From: Parcubacteria group bacterium Athens0714_12
GTDB lineage: Bacteria; Patescibacteriota; Patescibacteriia; UBA2591; VMGY01
Length of the DNA: 55,364 bases
NCBI GenBank assembly: GCA_007378955.1
Contig: VMGY01000004.1
Span: 1-55,364 of the forward strand
Reading direction: 5' to 3'
The notes below the pieces were generated by a model. That model was given only the letters and a program-made list of their open reading frames with translations. It ran no database searches and was not told the origin of the DNA. Position 1 is the stretch's first letter; each line of letters opens with the position of its first letter. The translations under genes and the position numbers were made by a program. Positions 1 to 8,552 of this stretch are shown piece by piece.

Positions 1-240
1 AAAAAAGAGGAAGTAGAGGAAGCTTTTGTCGTCAGAGTGCCGGACGCTTATCCGATTTATCATCTTGATTACAAAAAAGATTTGAGTTTTGTTTTATCAG
101 AAATTGAAAGTTTGGGGAAAATTTACTGCATTGGCCGGACGGGGAGGTTTAAATATAACAATATGGACGATTCCGTGGAGCAAGGCATTAAAATCGCAGA
201 AAAAATATTAAGAGATGGTTACAAAACTCTTTCGTTGTGA
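1..240 (+). CDS. 3' end of an FAD/NAD(P)-dependent oxidoreductase (amine-oxidase / UDP-galactopyranose-mutase-like); the 5' part lies upstream of the window
   Basis: Frame 1 is open from base 1 (KKEEVEEAFVVRVPDAYPIYHLDY...) and stops at 238-240. The C-terminal GRTGRFKYNNMDDSVEQG resembles the C-terminal FAD-contact motif of this superfamily. Confidence 0.45.
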   Translation, partial: KKEEVEEAFVVRVPDAYPIYHLDYKKDLSFVLSEIESLGKIYCIGRTGRFKYNNMDDSVEQGIKIAEKILRDGYKTLSL

Positions 241-420
241 AATTTAGATAGTTTCAGTCAAGGCGAGGAAAACAAGTAAAATGATTTGAGTCGTAGTAGA
301 ATTACGGCGAAAATCATTTTGCGCCGTTTGACGAAGCATTGACTGAAAATAGCAAATTGCAGCAGAAACGAGTTTTGTAACCATTTTCAAAATCGCGGTT
401 GGCAAAGAGAAGAGAAAGAT

Positions 421-1011
421 TTGGATTTCAAACACAAGGCCGCCGTTGAATTGATTGAAAAAGGGCCGATTTTAGATATTGGATGCGGCGGCGGGCTTTT
501 TTTGCAGTATTTAAAAAACAGGGGAATTGAGGGTTGTGGTTTGGATATTTCTGACAAAGCGATTGAATTAGCTAAAAATAGAGGAATAGACTGCCAAATT
601 TTTGATGTCAGCGAAAAATTGCCTTTTGAAGATAATGCTTTTGAGGGCGTAACTTTAATTGATGTTTTGGAGCATTTATTTATGCCCGAAGAAATTCTTA
701 AAGAAGCTCATCGGGTAGCGAAAAAATATTTAATTTTTAGCGCGCCGAATTTTGTTTCTTTGGCGGCCCGTTTGCAGGTATTGTTTGGCCGAGTGCCGGA
801 AAATAACACCATGAGAAAAGCTCATATTCTTTGGGCAACCAGAAAAGTGCTTCATCAGCTTTTGGCAGATGCCGGCTTTGAAGTGGAAAAAGAAATAGAT
901 GATTTTTTTTACGCCGATAAGCTGATTTTAGGCAGGATTTTTAAATTTTTAGCCAAATTAAGGCCGGAAATTTTCGCTCTCTCCTTTATTATTAAAGCAA
1001 AAAAAGTATGA
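421..1011 (+). CDS. class I SAM-dependent methyltransferase (MetW-like)
   Basis: Motif I ILDIGCGGGLF, an acidic loop GLDIS and motif LIDVLEHL. Overall layout is like MetW-type small methyltransferases. TTG start; stop overlaps the next ATG (ATGA). Confidence 0.7.
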   Translation: MDFKHKAAVELIEKGPILDIGCGGGLFLQYLKNRGIEGCGLDISDKAIELAKNRGIDCQIFDVSEKLPFEDNAFEGVTLIDVLEHLFMPEEILKEAHRVAKKYLIFSAPNFVSLAARLQVLFGRVPENNTMRKAHILWATRKVLHQLLADAGFEVEKEIDDFFYADKLILGRIFKFLAKLRPEIFALSFIIKAKKV

Positions 1012-2666
1012 GTAAAAAAGAAAAAATTGTTCTCGCTGTAGTTTTAATTTTAGCTTTTTACTTGAGAATTTGGGGCATAAATTACGGTTTGCCCAATTTT
1101 TTTATTGGCGATGAACAATCCATTGTCGGCGGCGCTTTGAAAATGGGTGAATTAAAAATTTTAATTCCCGCTCTTTATCCGGAAGAATTCAGGTCCCTTT
1201 ATTACCCGCCTTTTATTTCTTATCTTTATCTGATTTTTTTAACGCCTTTTATTTTAATAAAATATTTATTCGGAGGTTTTCTTGATTTTGCGGAATTTAG
1301 GCAAGAGCTGTCTTTAAATTACGGTTTTGTCTGGTTTTGGGCGAGATTTTTTACCGCTTTAATAGGAAGCGCTACGATATATTTAGTTTATTTAATCGGC
1401 AAGAAATTTTTTAACAAGAAAACGGCTTTTTTCGCCAGCTTATTTTTTTCCTTGAGTTTTTTTCATTTGCAATTATCTCACTTTGCCCGCCACTGGGCGC
1501 CGATTGTTTTTTTCTTTTGTTTGGCGGTTTTAATTTCTTGTTTTATTTATAAAAGTTTTTGTAAAAAATATTATTTTTTGGCCGGGTTGGTTTCGGGCTT
1601 GGCTTTTGGAATTAGTTATATAGGCGCTTTGTCGCTTTTATTTATTTTGACGATTCATTTTTTAAAACCCAATGTTTCTCTTAAAGAAAAAATAATTAAT
1701 AAAAATTTATGGCTGATGGTTTTGATTTTTTTTGTTTTCGCGTCCTTGGCTGTCGCTCTGCATCCGCAAGAATTTTTGAGAATAACGGTAGGCGAGGATA
1801 CGGGGATGACAGCGAGTAAAAGTTTCGCGGAATACTTAAATAGTTTTTATTATTATTTTAAAGCTTTGCTTTTTTTGGAACCAATTTTGCTTTTATTTTC
1901 TTTAGCCGGATTTATTGTTTTATATTTTAAAGACAAGAAAATATTTTTTATTTTTTCCTTTTTTATTTTTTCCTATATCAGCATTTTATATTTATTTTTT
2001 CATCACGAGCCAAGGTATATTATTTTTGTTTTGCCGCTTTTATGCCTGACAGCCGGCTTTGCTTTGTTTTTTGTTTTTAATAAAGCCAAATTTTCAGCTT
2101 TACTATTTTTAATCCCCGCGATCTTTCTTTATCCTTTTTTAATAGGATTAAAATATGATTTTTTGCTTAATCAAAAAGACACTCGCGTCATAGCCAAAGA
2201 ATGGATTGAAGAAAATTTAGATTCCGAAGCCAAAATTATCTCCGCTTTGCGGGACATTAAATTAACTCCCGTTAAAGAAGCGATAGAGGAGCAAGTGTCT
2301 ATTGACCAAGAGAGCTTGAGAAGCTTAGAGAAAATTTTATTGGAAACAAAAGACGATAAATATCCCCAGCCGTCTTTTTATGTTTTTCATTCTCATTTCG
2401 TCAGCAGAACCAAATTGTCTGATTTAAAGCGATACGCCGAAGAAAATAATTATCAGTATTTCGTTGTCAGTTATTGGGACAGCGCTCAAATAGAGGCAAG
2501 AGAAAAAGAAATAATAAACTCGGCTGAATTAGAAAAAACTTTTTCCGGCAACGGCGAAGGAATTACCTATGACCTTAACGCCAATTTAGATCTGCCGATT
2601 AATTATTTATTTTCCTTGGATAGATTAGGCCCGATAGTAGAAATTTATAAATTACCCTTGCGATAA
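1008..2666 (+). CDS. GT-C fold membrane glycosyltransferase (GT39 / ArnT-PMT-like)
   Basis: 552 aa with many hydrophobic segments and an N-terminal LRIWGINYGLPNFFIGDE loop typical of ArnT/PMT_2-like proteins. A soluble C-terminal domain follows. A polyprenyl-P GT2 is encoded nearby. Confidence 0.5.
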   Translation: MSKKEKIVLAVVLILAFYLRIWGINYGLPNFFIGDEQSIVGGALKMGELKILIPALYPEEFRSLYYPPFISYLYLIFLTPFILIKYLFGGFLDFAEFRQELSLNYGFVWFWARFFTALIGSATIYLVYLIGKKFFNKKTAFFASLFFSLSFFHLQLSHFARHWAPIVFFFCLAVLISCFIYKSFCKKYYFLAGLVSGLAFGISYIGALSLLFILTIHFLKPNVSLKEKIINKNLWLMVLIFFVFASLAVALHPQEFLRITVGEDTGMTASKSFAEYLNSFYYYFKALLFLEPILLLFSLAGFIVLYFKDKKIFFIFSFFIFSYISILYLFFHHEPRYIIFVLPLLCLTAGFALFFVFNKAKFSALLFLIPAIFLYPFLIGLKYDFLLNQKDTRVIAKEWIEENLDSEAKIISALRDIKLTPVKEAIEEQVSIDQESLRSLEKILLETKDDKYPQPSFYVFHSHFVSRTKLSDLKRYAEENNYQYFVVSYWDSAQIEAREKEIINSAELEKTFSGNGEGITYDLNANLDLPINYLFSLDRLGPIVEIYKLPLR

Positions 2667-2724
2667 GAAAGTCTTAATTTTTCAACGGCCGTCGAAAAAT
2701 CAAGACCTTTAAAATTAAAAATTT

Positions 2725-4014
2725 ATGAAAATTATTTACCTTGCGGACATTAGAATTCCTACCGAAAAAGCGCATGGAATCCAGATTATGAAAATGTGCG
2801 AAGCATTGCGCGATGCTAATATACCCCGCACCTTTTCCAAAAACGAATATTTATCGGAAAAAATTTCTGGCTCGGGATCGCTTTCGGCTTCATTCCGTCA
2901 AAAAGCTTATTTTTTTATAGAAAAGATGCGGGGCAAGCGAATACATACGAATGATACGAATAAAATAGAAATCGAATTAATTGTTCCGAAACGGTTCAAT
3001 TTTATCAAAGAAGATCCTTTTGAATATTATAGCGTTAAAAAAATTTTTAAAATTAAAAAAATATTCTGCTTTGATTTAACTTTTTTTGGGCCAGTTTTAA
3101 AAAGCTTTGCTTTTCGCTGGAGTTCTTTTTGGTTTGGTTTTTTTTCTTCTTGGCACGCGATTTTTCATCAAGCGGATATTATTTACAGCCGCGATTTTCC
3201 GCCGATGTTTTTTTTAAGTTTTTTTAAGAATAATTTGGTTTATGAAATGCATACTTTTTCGCGCAATCCTTTTTTCTATAAAATAATATTTACTAAAACA
3301 AAAAAAATTATTGTGATTACACATAAGATCAAAGAATTTTTAATTAAAGAAGGGGTTGAAAAAAATAAAATTTTAGTCGCGCCAGATGGAGTTGATTTGA
3401 AAGAATTTGAAATACAAGCAACTAGGGAAGAATGCCGCAAAAAATTAAATTTGCCATTAGATAAAAAAATTATTCTTTATACCGGCCATCTTTTTGAATG
3501 GAAAGGAGCGGCCGTGCTGCTTGAAGCAGCGCGGAAATTCGAAATCCTAAATCCTAAATCCGAAACCTTATTTGTGTTCGTTGGCGGAACAGAAAAAGAT
3601 ATTAATAATTTTAAATTGCAAATTGCAAATTTAAAATTAAATAACATTCTGATGATTGGTCATCGACCACATATTGAAATCCCTTATTGGCTGAAAGCGG
3701 CTGATGTTTTGATTTTGCCGAATTCAGCTAAGGAAAAGATTTCGCAGTTTTATACCTCGCCGATGAAGATGTTTGAATATATGGCCAGCCAAAAACCGAT
3801 TATAGCTTCAGAGTTGCCATCAATCAAAGAGGTTTTAAACGAAAATAACGCTATTTTGGTGGAATCTGATAATTTTAAAGCTTTAGCCCGAGGCATTGAA
3901 AAAGCCTTGAAAGATAATGAATTAAGTGATAAAATTAGTCAAAGAGCTTATTCAGATGTTCAGGATTATACTTGGCAAAAAAGAGCGGAAAATATTTTAA
4001 ATTTTTTTAAATAA
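2725..4014 (+). CDS. GT4 family glycosyltransferase carrying an extra ~50-aa insert in the N-terminal domain
   Basis: N-terminal IRIPTEKAHGIQIMKMCEAL. The C-terminal GT1/GT4 core reads LYTGHLFEWKGAAVLLEAA ... ILPNSAKE ... SPMKMFEYMASQKPIIAS (EX7E-like). Confidence 0.8.
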   Translation: MKIIYLADIRIPTEKAHGIQIMKMCEALRDANIPRTFSKNEYLSEKISGSGSLSASFRQKAYFFIEKMRGKRIHTNDTNKIEIELIVPKRFNFIKEDPFEYYSVKKIFKIKKIFCFDLTFFGPVLKSFAFRWSSFWFGFFSSWHAIFHQADIIYSRDFPPMFFLSFFKNNLVYEMHTFSRNPFFYKIIFTKTKKIIVITHKIKEFLIKEGVEKNKILVAPDGVDLKEFEIQATREECRKKLNLPLDKKIILYTGHLFEWKGAAVLLEAARKFEILNPKSETLFVFVGGTEKDINNFKLQIANLKLNNILMIGHRPHIEIPYWLKAADVLILPNSAKEKISQFYTSPMKMFEYMASQKPIIASELPSIKEVLNENNAILVESDNFKALARGIEKALKDNELSDKISQRAYSDVQDYTWQKRAENILNFFK

Positions 4015-4018
4015 GCTT

Positions 4019-4219
4019 GGATTCTAACTTCTAACGCAACAGCGTTGCCATTCGGAAAGCAGGCAAGATTTTCGCTTACGCTCAGCCACCCAGCGAGCGG
4101 CTTCGCTGGCCTCCTTGCTCGCTCTGCCGCCCGGAGCGGCAACCATGCCCGCTCGCTTCGTCGAGCCCGCTCAAATTCTTGCCCGCTTTCCAAATATTGT
4201 TGCGTTAGATTCTAGAATC
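4019..4219 (+). repeat. GC-rich nested-palindrome element, copy 1 (longest; has extra outer arms)
   Basis: Outer arms GATTCTAACTTCTAACGCAACA / TGTTGCGTTAGATTCTAGAATC. Inner arms GCAGGCAAGATTTT / AAATTCTTGCCCGC. Conserved core CCAGCGAGCGGCTTCGCTGG ... ACCATGCCCGCTCGCTTCG is shared with 5586-5740, 30904-31038 and 32166-32304. Confidence 0.85.
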
Positions 4220-4237
4220 AAACTAAATTATAAAAAT

Positions 4238-4615
4238 ATGAAAGTATTAATCACGGGTATCACTGGTTTTGTAGGCAGTCATTTGGCTGATTATATTTTA
4301 AACGAGCATCCGGAAGCGGAGATACATGGCATAAAGAGATGGCGAAGCATTTCAGATAATGTCAAACACTTGGGAAATAAAGTGATTTTTCATGATTGCG
4401 ATATTAAAGACGCCCACAATGTTTATGAAATTATTGAAAGAGTAAAGCCGGAAAAAATTTTTCATTTGGCGGCGCAAAGAATACGGCCTTCAGACGTGCA
4501 AATTTTAATCGGCGATAATACAAAGTTTGTTGAAGCAACAGGTTGGCGGCCGGAAATATCTTTTTTGGGTCAAACCTTAAATGATTTATTGAATTATTGG
4601 CGGGAGAAAGTATAA
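4238..4615 (+). pseudogene. internally deleted NAD-dependent epimerase/dehydratase (GDP-mannose 4,6-dehydratase/reductase-like) remnant, 125 aa
   Basis: The N-terminal Rossmann part (MKVLITGITGFVGSHLADY ... KIFHLAAQ) joins directly to a C-terminal tail (RPSDVQILIGDNTKFVEATGWRPEISFLGQTLNDLLNYWRE). The ~190-aa middle that carries the catalytic Ser/Thr-Tyr-Lys region is absent. Confidence 0.7.
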
Positions 4616-4621
4616 AATCAT

Positions 4622-5572
4622 ATGAATATTTATTTATCAATTATTATTCCAGTTTATAATGAAGAAGAAAGTCTTAATCGTTTAGCTAAAAAGTTAAAAT
4701 CCATTTTGGAAAATTTGAATAAATCATGGGAGATTATTTTTATTGACGATGGTTCAAACGATAAGGGGTTTGAGATTGTCAGTAATTTAGCCAAAGAAGA
4801 CCATAGGATAAAGGTGATTAAATTCAGAAAAAATTTTGGCCAAACCGCGGCTTTGTCAGCTGGTTTTAATTGCGCGCAGGGAGAGATAATTATTCCCATG
4901 GACGCTGATTTGGAAAACGACCCGAATGATATTCCGCGCTTATTAGAAAAAATTAATCAAGGATATGATCTTGTTTCCGGCTGGCGAAAGAAAAGATGGA
5001 AAGATAATCCATTGACTAAAAGAATGACTTCCCTGTCGGCTAATTGGCTGATTTCTAAAGTTACCGGCGTAAAACTCCATGATTACGGCTGCACGATGAA
5101 AGCTTACCGAAAAGAGATAATTAAAAGCGTTAAACTTTATGGCGAAATGCATCGTTTTATTCCCGCCTTGGCTTCGTGGCAAGGGGCGAAAATAGGGGAA
5201 ATAGAAGTAAAATATCAGCCGCGCGAATTCGGCAAGTCAAAATATGGCCTTGAAAGAATCGGTAAAGTTATACTTGATTTGATTACGGTAAAATTTTTAA
5301 GCGGCTACGCCACCAAGCCGATTTATTTTTTCGGCAAGCTGGGCTTTATTTCTTTTTTTATTGGAATTTTTGCTTTTTTTTTGGCGACTTATTACAAATT
5401 AACGGGGCAGAAAGATTATATCCAAACTCCTTTGCCGATTTTCACCGCTTTATTTTTGATAGCAGGCATTCTTTTAATTTTAATCGGCCTTTTAGCGGAA
5501 ATGATTATGCGGAATTATCACGAAAGTCAGAATAAACAAATTTATTCCATCAAAGAAAAAATAAATTTTTAA
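4622..5572 (+). CDS. GT2 polyprenyl-phosphate glycosyltransferase (GtrB/ArnC/DPM1-like)
   Basis: SIIIPVYNEEESL, IFIDDGSND, PMDADLENDP (DXD) and two C-terminal TM helices. This is the classic GtrB/ArnC architecture. Confidence 0.85.
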   Translation: MNIYLSIIIPVYNEEESLNRLAKKLKSILENLNKSWEIIFIDDGSNDKGFEIVSNLAKEDHRIKVIKFRKNFGQTAALSAGFNCAQGEIIIPMDADLENDPNDIPRLLEKINQGYDLVSGWRKKRWKDNPLTKRMTSLSANWLISKVTGVKLHDYGCTMKAYRKEIIKSVKLYGEMHRFIPALASWQGAKIGEIEVKYQPREFGKSKYGLERIGKVILDLITVKFLSGYATKPIYFFGKLGFISFFIGIFAFFLATYYKLTGQKDYIQTPLPIFTALFLIAGILLILIGLLAEMIMRNYHESQNKQIYSIKEKINF

Positions 5573-5585
5573 TAATTGAAAAGAG

Positions 5586-5740
5586 AAAATTTTTCAGACT
5601 TGCCGCACGAAAAGACGCGGTCAATCGCCCCTGCGTGGCGACTGCCGCTCGGCGCTCACCCCCGCTCTCTCGCTTTCAGCGAGAACCATGCCCGCTCGGG
5701 TTGCGCGACGCTTTTCTTAGTAACAAGTCAGAAAAATTTT
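5586..5740 (+). repeat. GC-rich nested-palindrome element, copy 2 (most divergent)
   Basis: Terminal arms AAAATTTTTCAGACTTG / CAAGTCAGAAAAATTTT. It has an internal hairpin TCTCGC-TTTCA-GCGAGA followed by the family core ACCATGCCCGCTCG. Confidence 0.75.
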
Positions 5741-5777
5741 AATAAGATTGTTTTGAATTTTTAATTTATAAATAATT

Positions 5778-7646
5778 ATGTGCGGAATTACGGGTTTTGT
5801 TGGCTATGGAAATGAAGAGATATTAAAAAAAATGACAGCAACCTTAGAGCATCGCGGACCAGACGATGCTGGTTTTTATTTTAATGGGGAAATGGGCTTG
5901 GGGCACAGAAGATTAAGTATTATTGATTTGGCGACCGGCCATCAACCGGTTTTTAATGAAGATAAGACCGTCGCAGTTATTTTTAACGGCGAAATTTATA
6001 ATTTTTTAGATTTGAAAAAAGAATTAGAAAAAAGGCATCAATTTAAAACTAAATCAGACACAGAAGTGATTATCCATTTATACGAAGAAAAAGGAGAAAG
6101 TTTTTTAGCAGATTTAAATGGAATGTTTGCTTTGGCGCTTTGGGACGAGAAAAAAAAGAAATTAATTTTAGGCCGTGACAGAATGGGCCAAAAACCTTTG
6201 TATTATAGTTTGTTAAATCAGACTTTAATTTTCGGTTCGGAATTAAAAGCGATTTTATCCCATCCTTTGGCAAAGAGAGAAATAGATTTCTCTTCTTTAG
6301 CTAAATATCTAACCTTTGAATATATCCCCAGTCCAAAAAGTATTTTTAAAAATATTAATAAATTAAAAGCAGGCGAGTACTTGGTTTATCAAAGCAGCAA
6401 GTTAGAAATTAAAAGTTATTGGGATATTAATTTCAAATTCCAAATTCCAAATTCCAAATTCCAAAATTGTCTTCAAGAACTGGATAAAAAATTGGAAGAA
6501 GCGGTAAAAATCAGGTTGATGAGCGATGTGCCCTTGGGGATTTTTTTGAGCGGCGGCATTGATTCCAGCGCGATTGCTTATTACGCCCAGAAAAATTCCA
6601 GCCAGAAAATAAAAACTTTTTCCATCGGCTTTGAAGAAAAATCTTTTGATGAATCTAAGTACGCGCGCCAGATAGCTGAATTTTTAAATACCGAACATTA
6701 TGAAAAAATTTTTAACAGTAAAGATGTTTTGGATTTAGTTCCCAAAGTAATGGATTTTTTGGACGAGCCCTTGGCTGATACTTCCATTCTTCCTACTTAT
6801 TTGCTTTCTAAATTTACCAGAGAAAAAGTAAAAGTCGCTTTAGGCGGCGATGGCGGCGATGAGCTTTTTATGGGCTATCAAACTTTTCAAGCCCATAAAA
6901 TAAATCAAGTTTATCAAAAATTTCCCCGCTTCTTCAAAAAAATTGCCGAGAAATTGATTTATAATCTGCCGCTTTCTCTGGATAATATCAGTTTTGATTT
7001 TCAATTGAAAAAATTTTTAAGCGGCGCTGATTTTCCGATTCAGCGCAGAGATATTATTTGGCTCGGCTCGTTTTTGCCGGCGCAATTAAGCGAGCTTTTT
7101 AAACCGGAAATTTTAGCCAGGGCAAATTTAGAAAATCAATTTGAAGAAGCGGATAATTATTATCAAAAAATCAAAGGCCATAATTTTTACAATCAAATTA
7201 TTTATTTATACCAAAAATTTTATCTGCAGGATGATATTTTAACTAAAGTTGACCGGGCAAGCATGGCTAATGGTTTAGAGGCGAGAGCGCCATTTTTAGA
7301 TTATCATTTGGTAGAATTTATTAATTCTATTAAATGGCAATATAAGCTCAAGGGCTTTGAAATGAAATATATTTTTAAAAAGTTGATGGAAAATAAATTG
7401 CCTAAAAATATCATTAATCGTCCCAAAAAAGGTTTCGGCATTCCCATGGCTAAATGGATTAATAATGAATTAAAGGAGTTTACTTTGAACTTATTAAGTA
7501 AAGAAAAAATAGACAGAGAAGGATTTTTTAATTATTCTTTTATTGTTCAAATATTAAAAGAACATTTTTCTCGCAAAAAAGATAATCGCAAATTGATTTG
7601 GACTTTATTGGTTTTTGAAATGTGGCTTGAAAAATGGGAGAGATAA
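5778..7646 (+). CDS. asnB: asparagine synthase (glutamine-hydrolysing) family amidotransferase
   Basis: N-terminal MCGI nucleophile Cys, HRRLSIIDL, the PP-loop LSGGIDSS and a C-terminal synthetase domain. Contains a heptanucleotide repeat at 6434-6468. Confidence 0.9.
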   Translation: MCGITGFVGYGNEEILKKMTATLEHRGPDDAGFYFNGEMGLGHRRLSIIDLATGHQPVFNEDKTVAVIFNGEIYNFLDLKKELEKRHQFKTKSDTEVIIHLYEEKGESFLADLNGMFALALWDEKKKKLILGRDRMGQKPLYYSLLNQTLIFGSELKAILSHPLAKREIDFSSLAKYLTFEYIPSPKSIFKNINKLKAGEYLVYQSSKLEIKSYWDINFKFQIPNSKFQNCLQELDKKLEEAVKIRLMSDVPLGIFLSGGIDSSAIAYYAQKNSSQKIKTFSIGFEEKSFDESKYARQIAEFLNTEHYEKIFNSKDVLDLVPKVMDFLDEPLADTSILPTYLLSKFTREKVKVALGGDGGDELFMGYQTFQAHKINQVYQKFPRFFKKIAEKLIYNLPLSLDNISFDFQLKKFLSGADFPIQRRDIIWLGSFLPAQLSELFKPEILARANLENQFEEADNYYQKIKGHNFYNQIIYLYQKFYLQDDILTKVDRASMANGLEARAPFLDYHLVEFINSIKWQYKLKGFEMKYIFKKLMENKLPKNIINRPKKGFGIPMAKWINNELKEFTLNLLSKEKIDREGFFNYSFIVQILKEHFSRKKDNRKLIWTLLVFEMWLEKWER

Positions 7647-7736
7647 AAAAGGTAATTAAAATTTAAATCCAGTTGCAAAAATAATTAAATTAGTTCAAAT
7701 TATTTTAATAATTAATGTAATTAAAAAAGAAATTAT

Positions 7737-8501
7737 ATGGCCTCAGAAAAACGATTTGGCTATGAATGGCAAAAATATCATCAAATGGATTCCAATTATG
7801 AAATTCAGTTTAAAAAATGGATTTCGCCTTTCAGCCAAGAAGTTTTTAAAGATAAAAAAGTTTTAGACGCTGGCTGTGGCATGGGCAGGAACAGTTATTG
7901 GCTGTTGAAATATGGCGCTAAAGAAGTTGTTGGTTTTGATTTTGACCAAAGGAGCATCGCCGCGGCGCGAAAAAATTTATCGTCTTTCTCTAACGTGAAA
8001 ATAGAATTTAGAAGCATTTATAATTTACCGCTGGAAAATGAATTTGATATCGCTTTTTGCATTGGCGTGATTCATCATTTGGAAAATCCCCAATTGGCGA
8101 TTAAAAATCTTATTAAAGCAGTCAGGCCGGGCGGTTTAATTTTGATTTGGGTTTACGGTCATGAAAGCAATGAAGGGATAGTTAAGTGGATTAATCCTTT
8201 GAGGATTCATTTAACCAGCAAACTGCCATTGCCAATTCTTCATTTATTAACTTATTGTTTTAGTTTGCCCTTTTGGATTTTTCTCAAATTATTTCCCCAA
8301 AAATCTCCTTATTTGAAGCAAGTTTCTCGATTTAAATTTTTTCACCTTCATTCCATAATTTTTGATCAATTATTGCCAAAAATCGCTAATTATTATAAAA
8401 AAGACGAAGCTTGCCATCTTTTGGCTGAACAAGGATTAAAAAATGTCGGCATTTTTCACTGTAATCAAAATAGTTGGACTGTTTATGGCTATAAAATTTA
8501 A
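7737..8501 (+). CDS. class I SAM-dependent methyltransferase (intact copy)
   Basis: Motif I VLDAGCGMGRNS, GFDFD and CIGVIHHLENP. A paralogue lies at 9996-10715. Confidence 0.8.
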   Translation: MASEKRFGYEWQKYHQMDSNYEIQFKKWISPFSQEVFKDKKVLDAGCGMGRNSYWLLKYGAKEVVGFDFDQRSIAAARKNLSSFSNVKIEFRSIYNLPLENEFDIAFCIGVIHHLENPQLAIKNLIKAVRPGGLILIWVYGHESNEGIVKWINPLRIHLTSKLPLPILHLLTYCFSLPFWIFLKLFPQKSPYLKQVSRFKFFHLHSIIFDQLLPKIANYYKKDEACHLLAEQGLKNVGIFHCNQNSWTVYGYKI

Positions 8502-8552
8502 ACTATTTAAATGATTAAAATAATAAAATTATTAGTTTAAATATTTTAAAAT

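Noticed and set aside
244-435. The minus-strand 63-aa ORF in the first intergenic region, and the many 60-130-aa antisense ORFs nested inside + strand genes (for example 8949-9350, 9293-9673, 11797-12159, 14427-14783, 30330-30653).
   Set aside because: All lie antisense to, or overlap, strongly supported genes. They have low-complexity or biased composition, no recognisable motifs and no start-site signals. This is typical of spurious ORFs in AT-rich DNA.
4115-4237. The N-terminal extension of ORF 4115-4615, and ORFs 5576-5764, 30886-31194 and 3966-4193(-), as protein-coding genes (shared TMPARF-type peptides).
   Set aside because: They are translations of the GC-rich repeat copies. Frames and lengths are not conserved between copies. 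No ribosome-binding sites are evident. The real downstream genes have their own well-placed ATG starts (4238, 5778, 31049).
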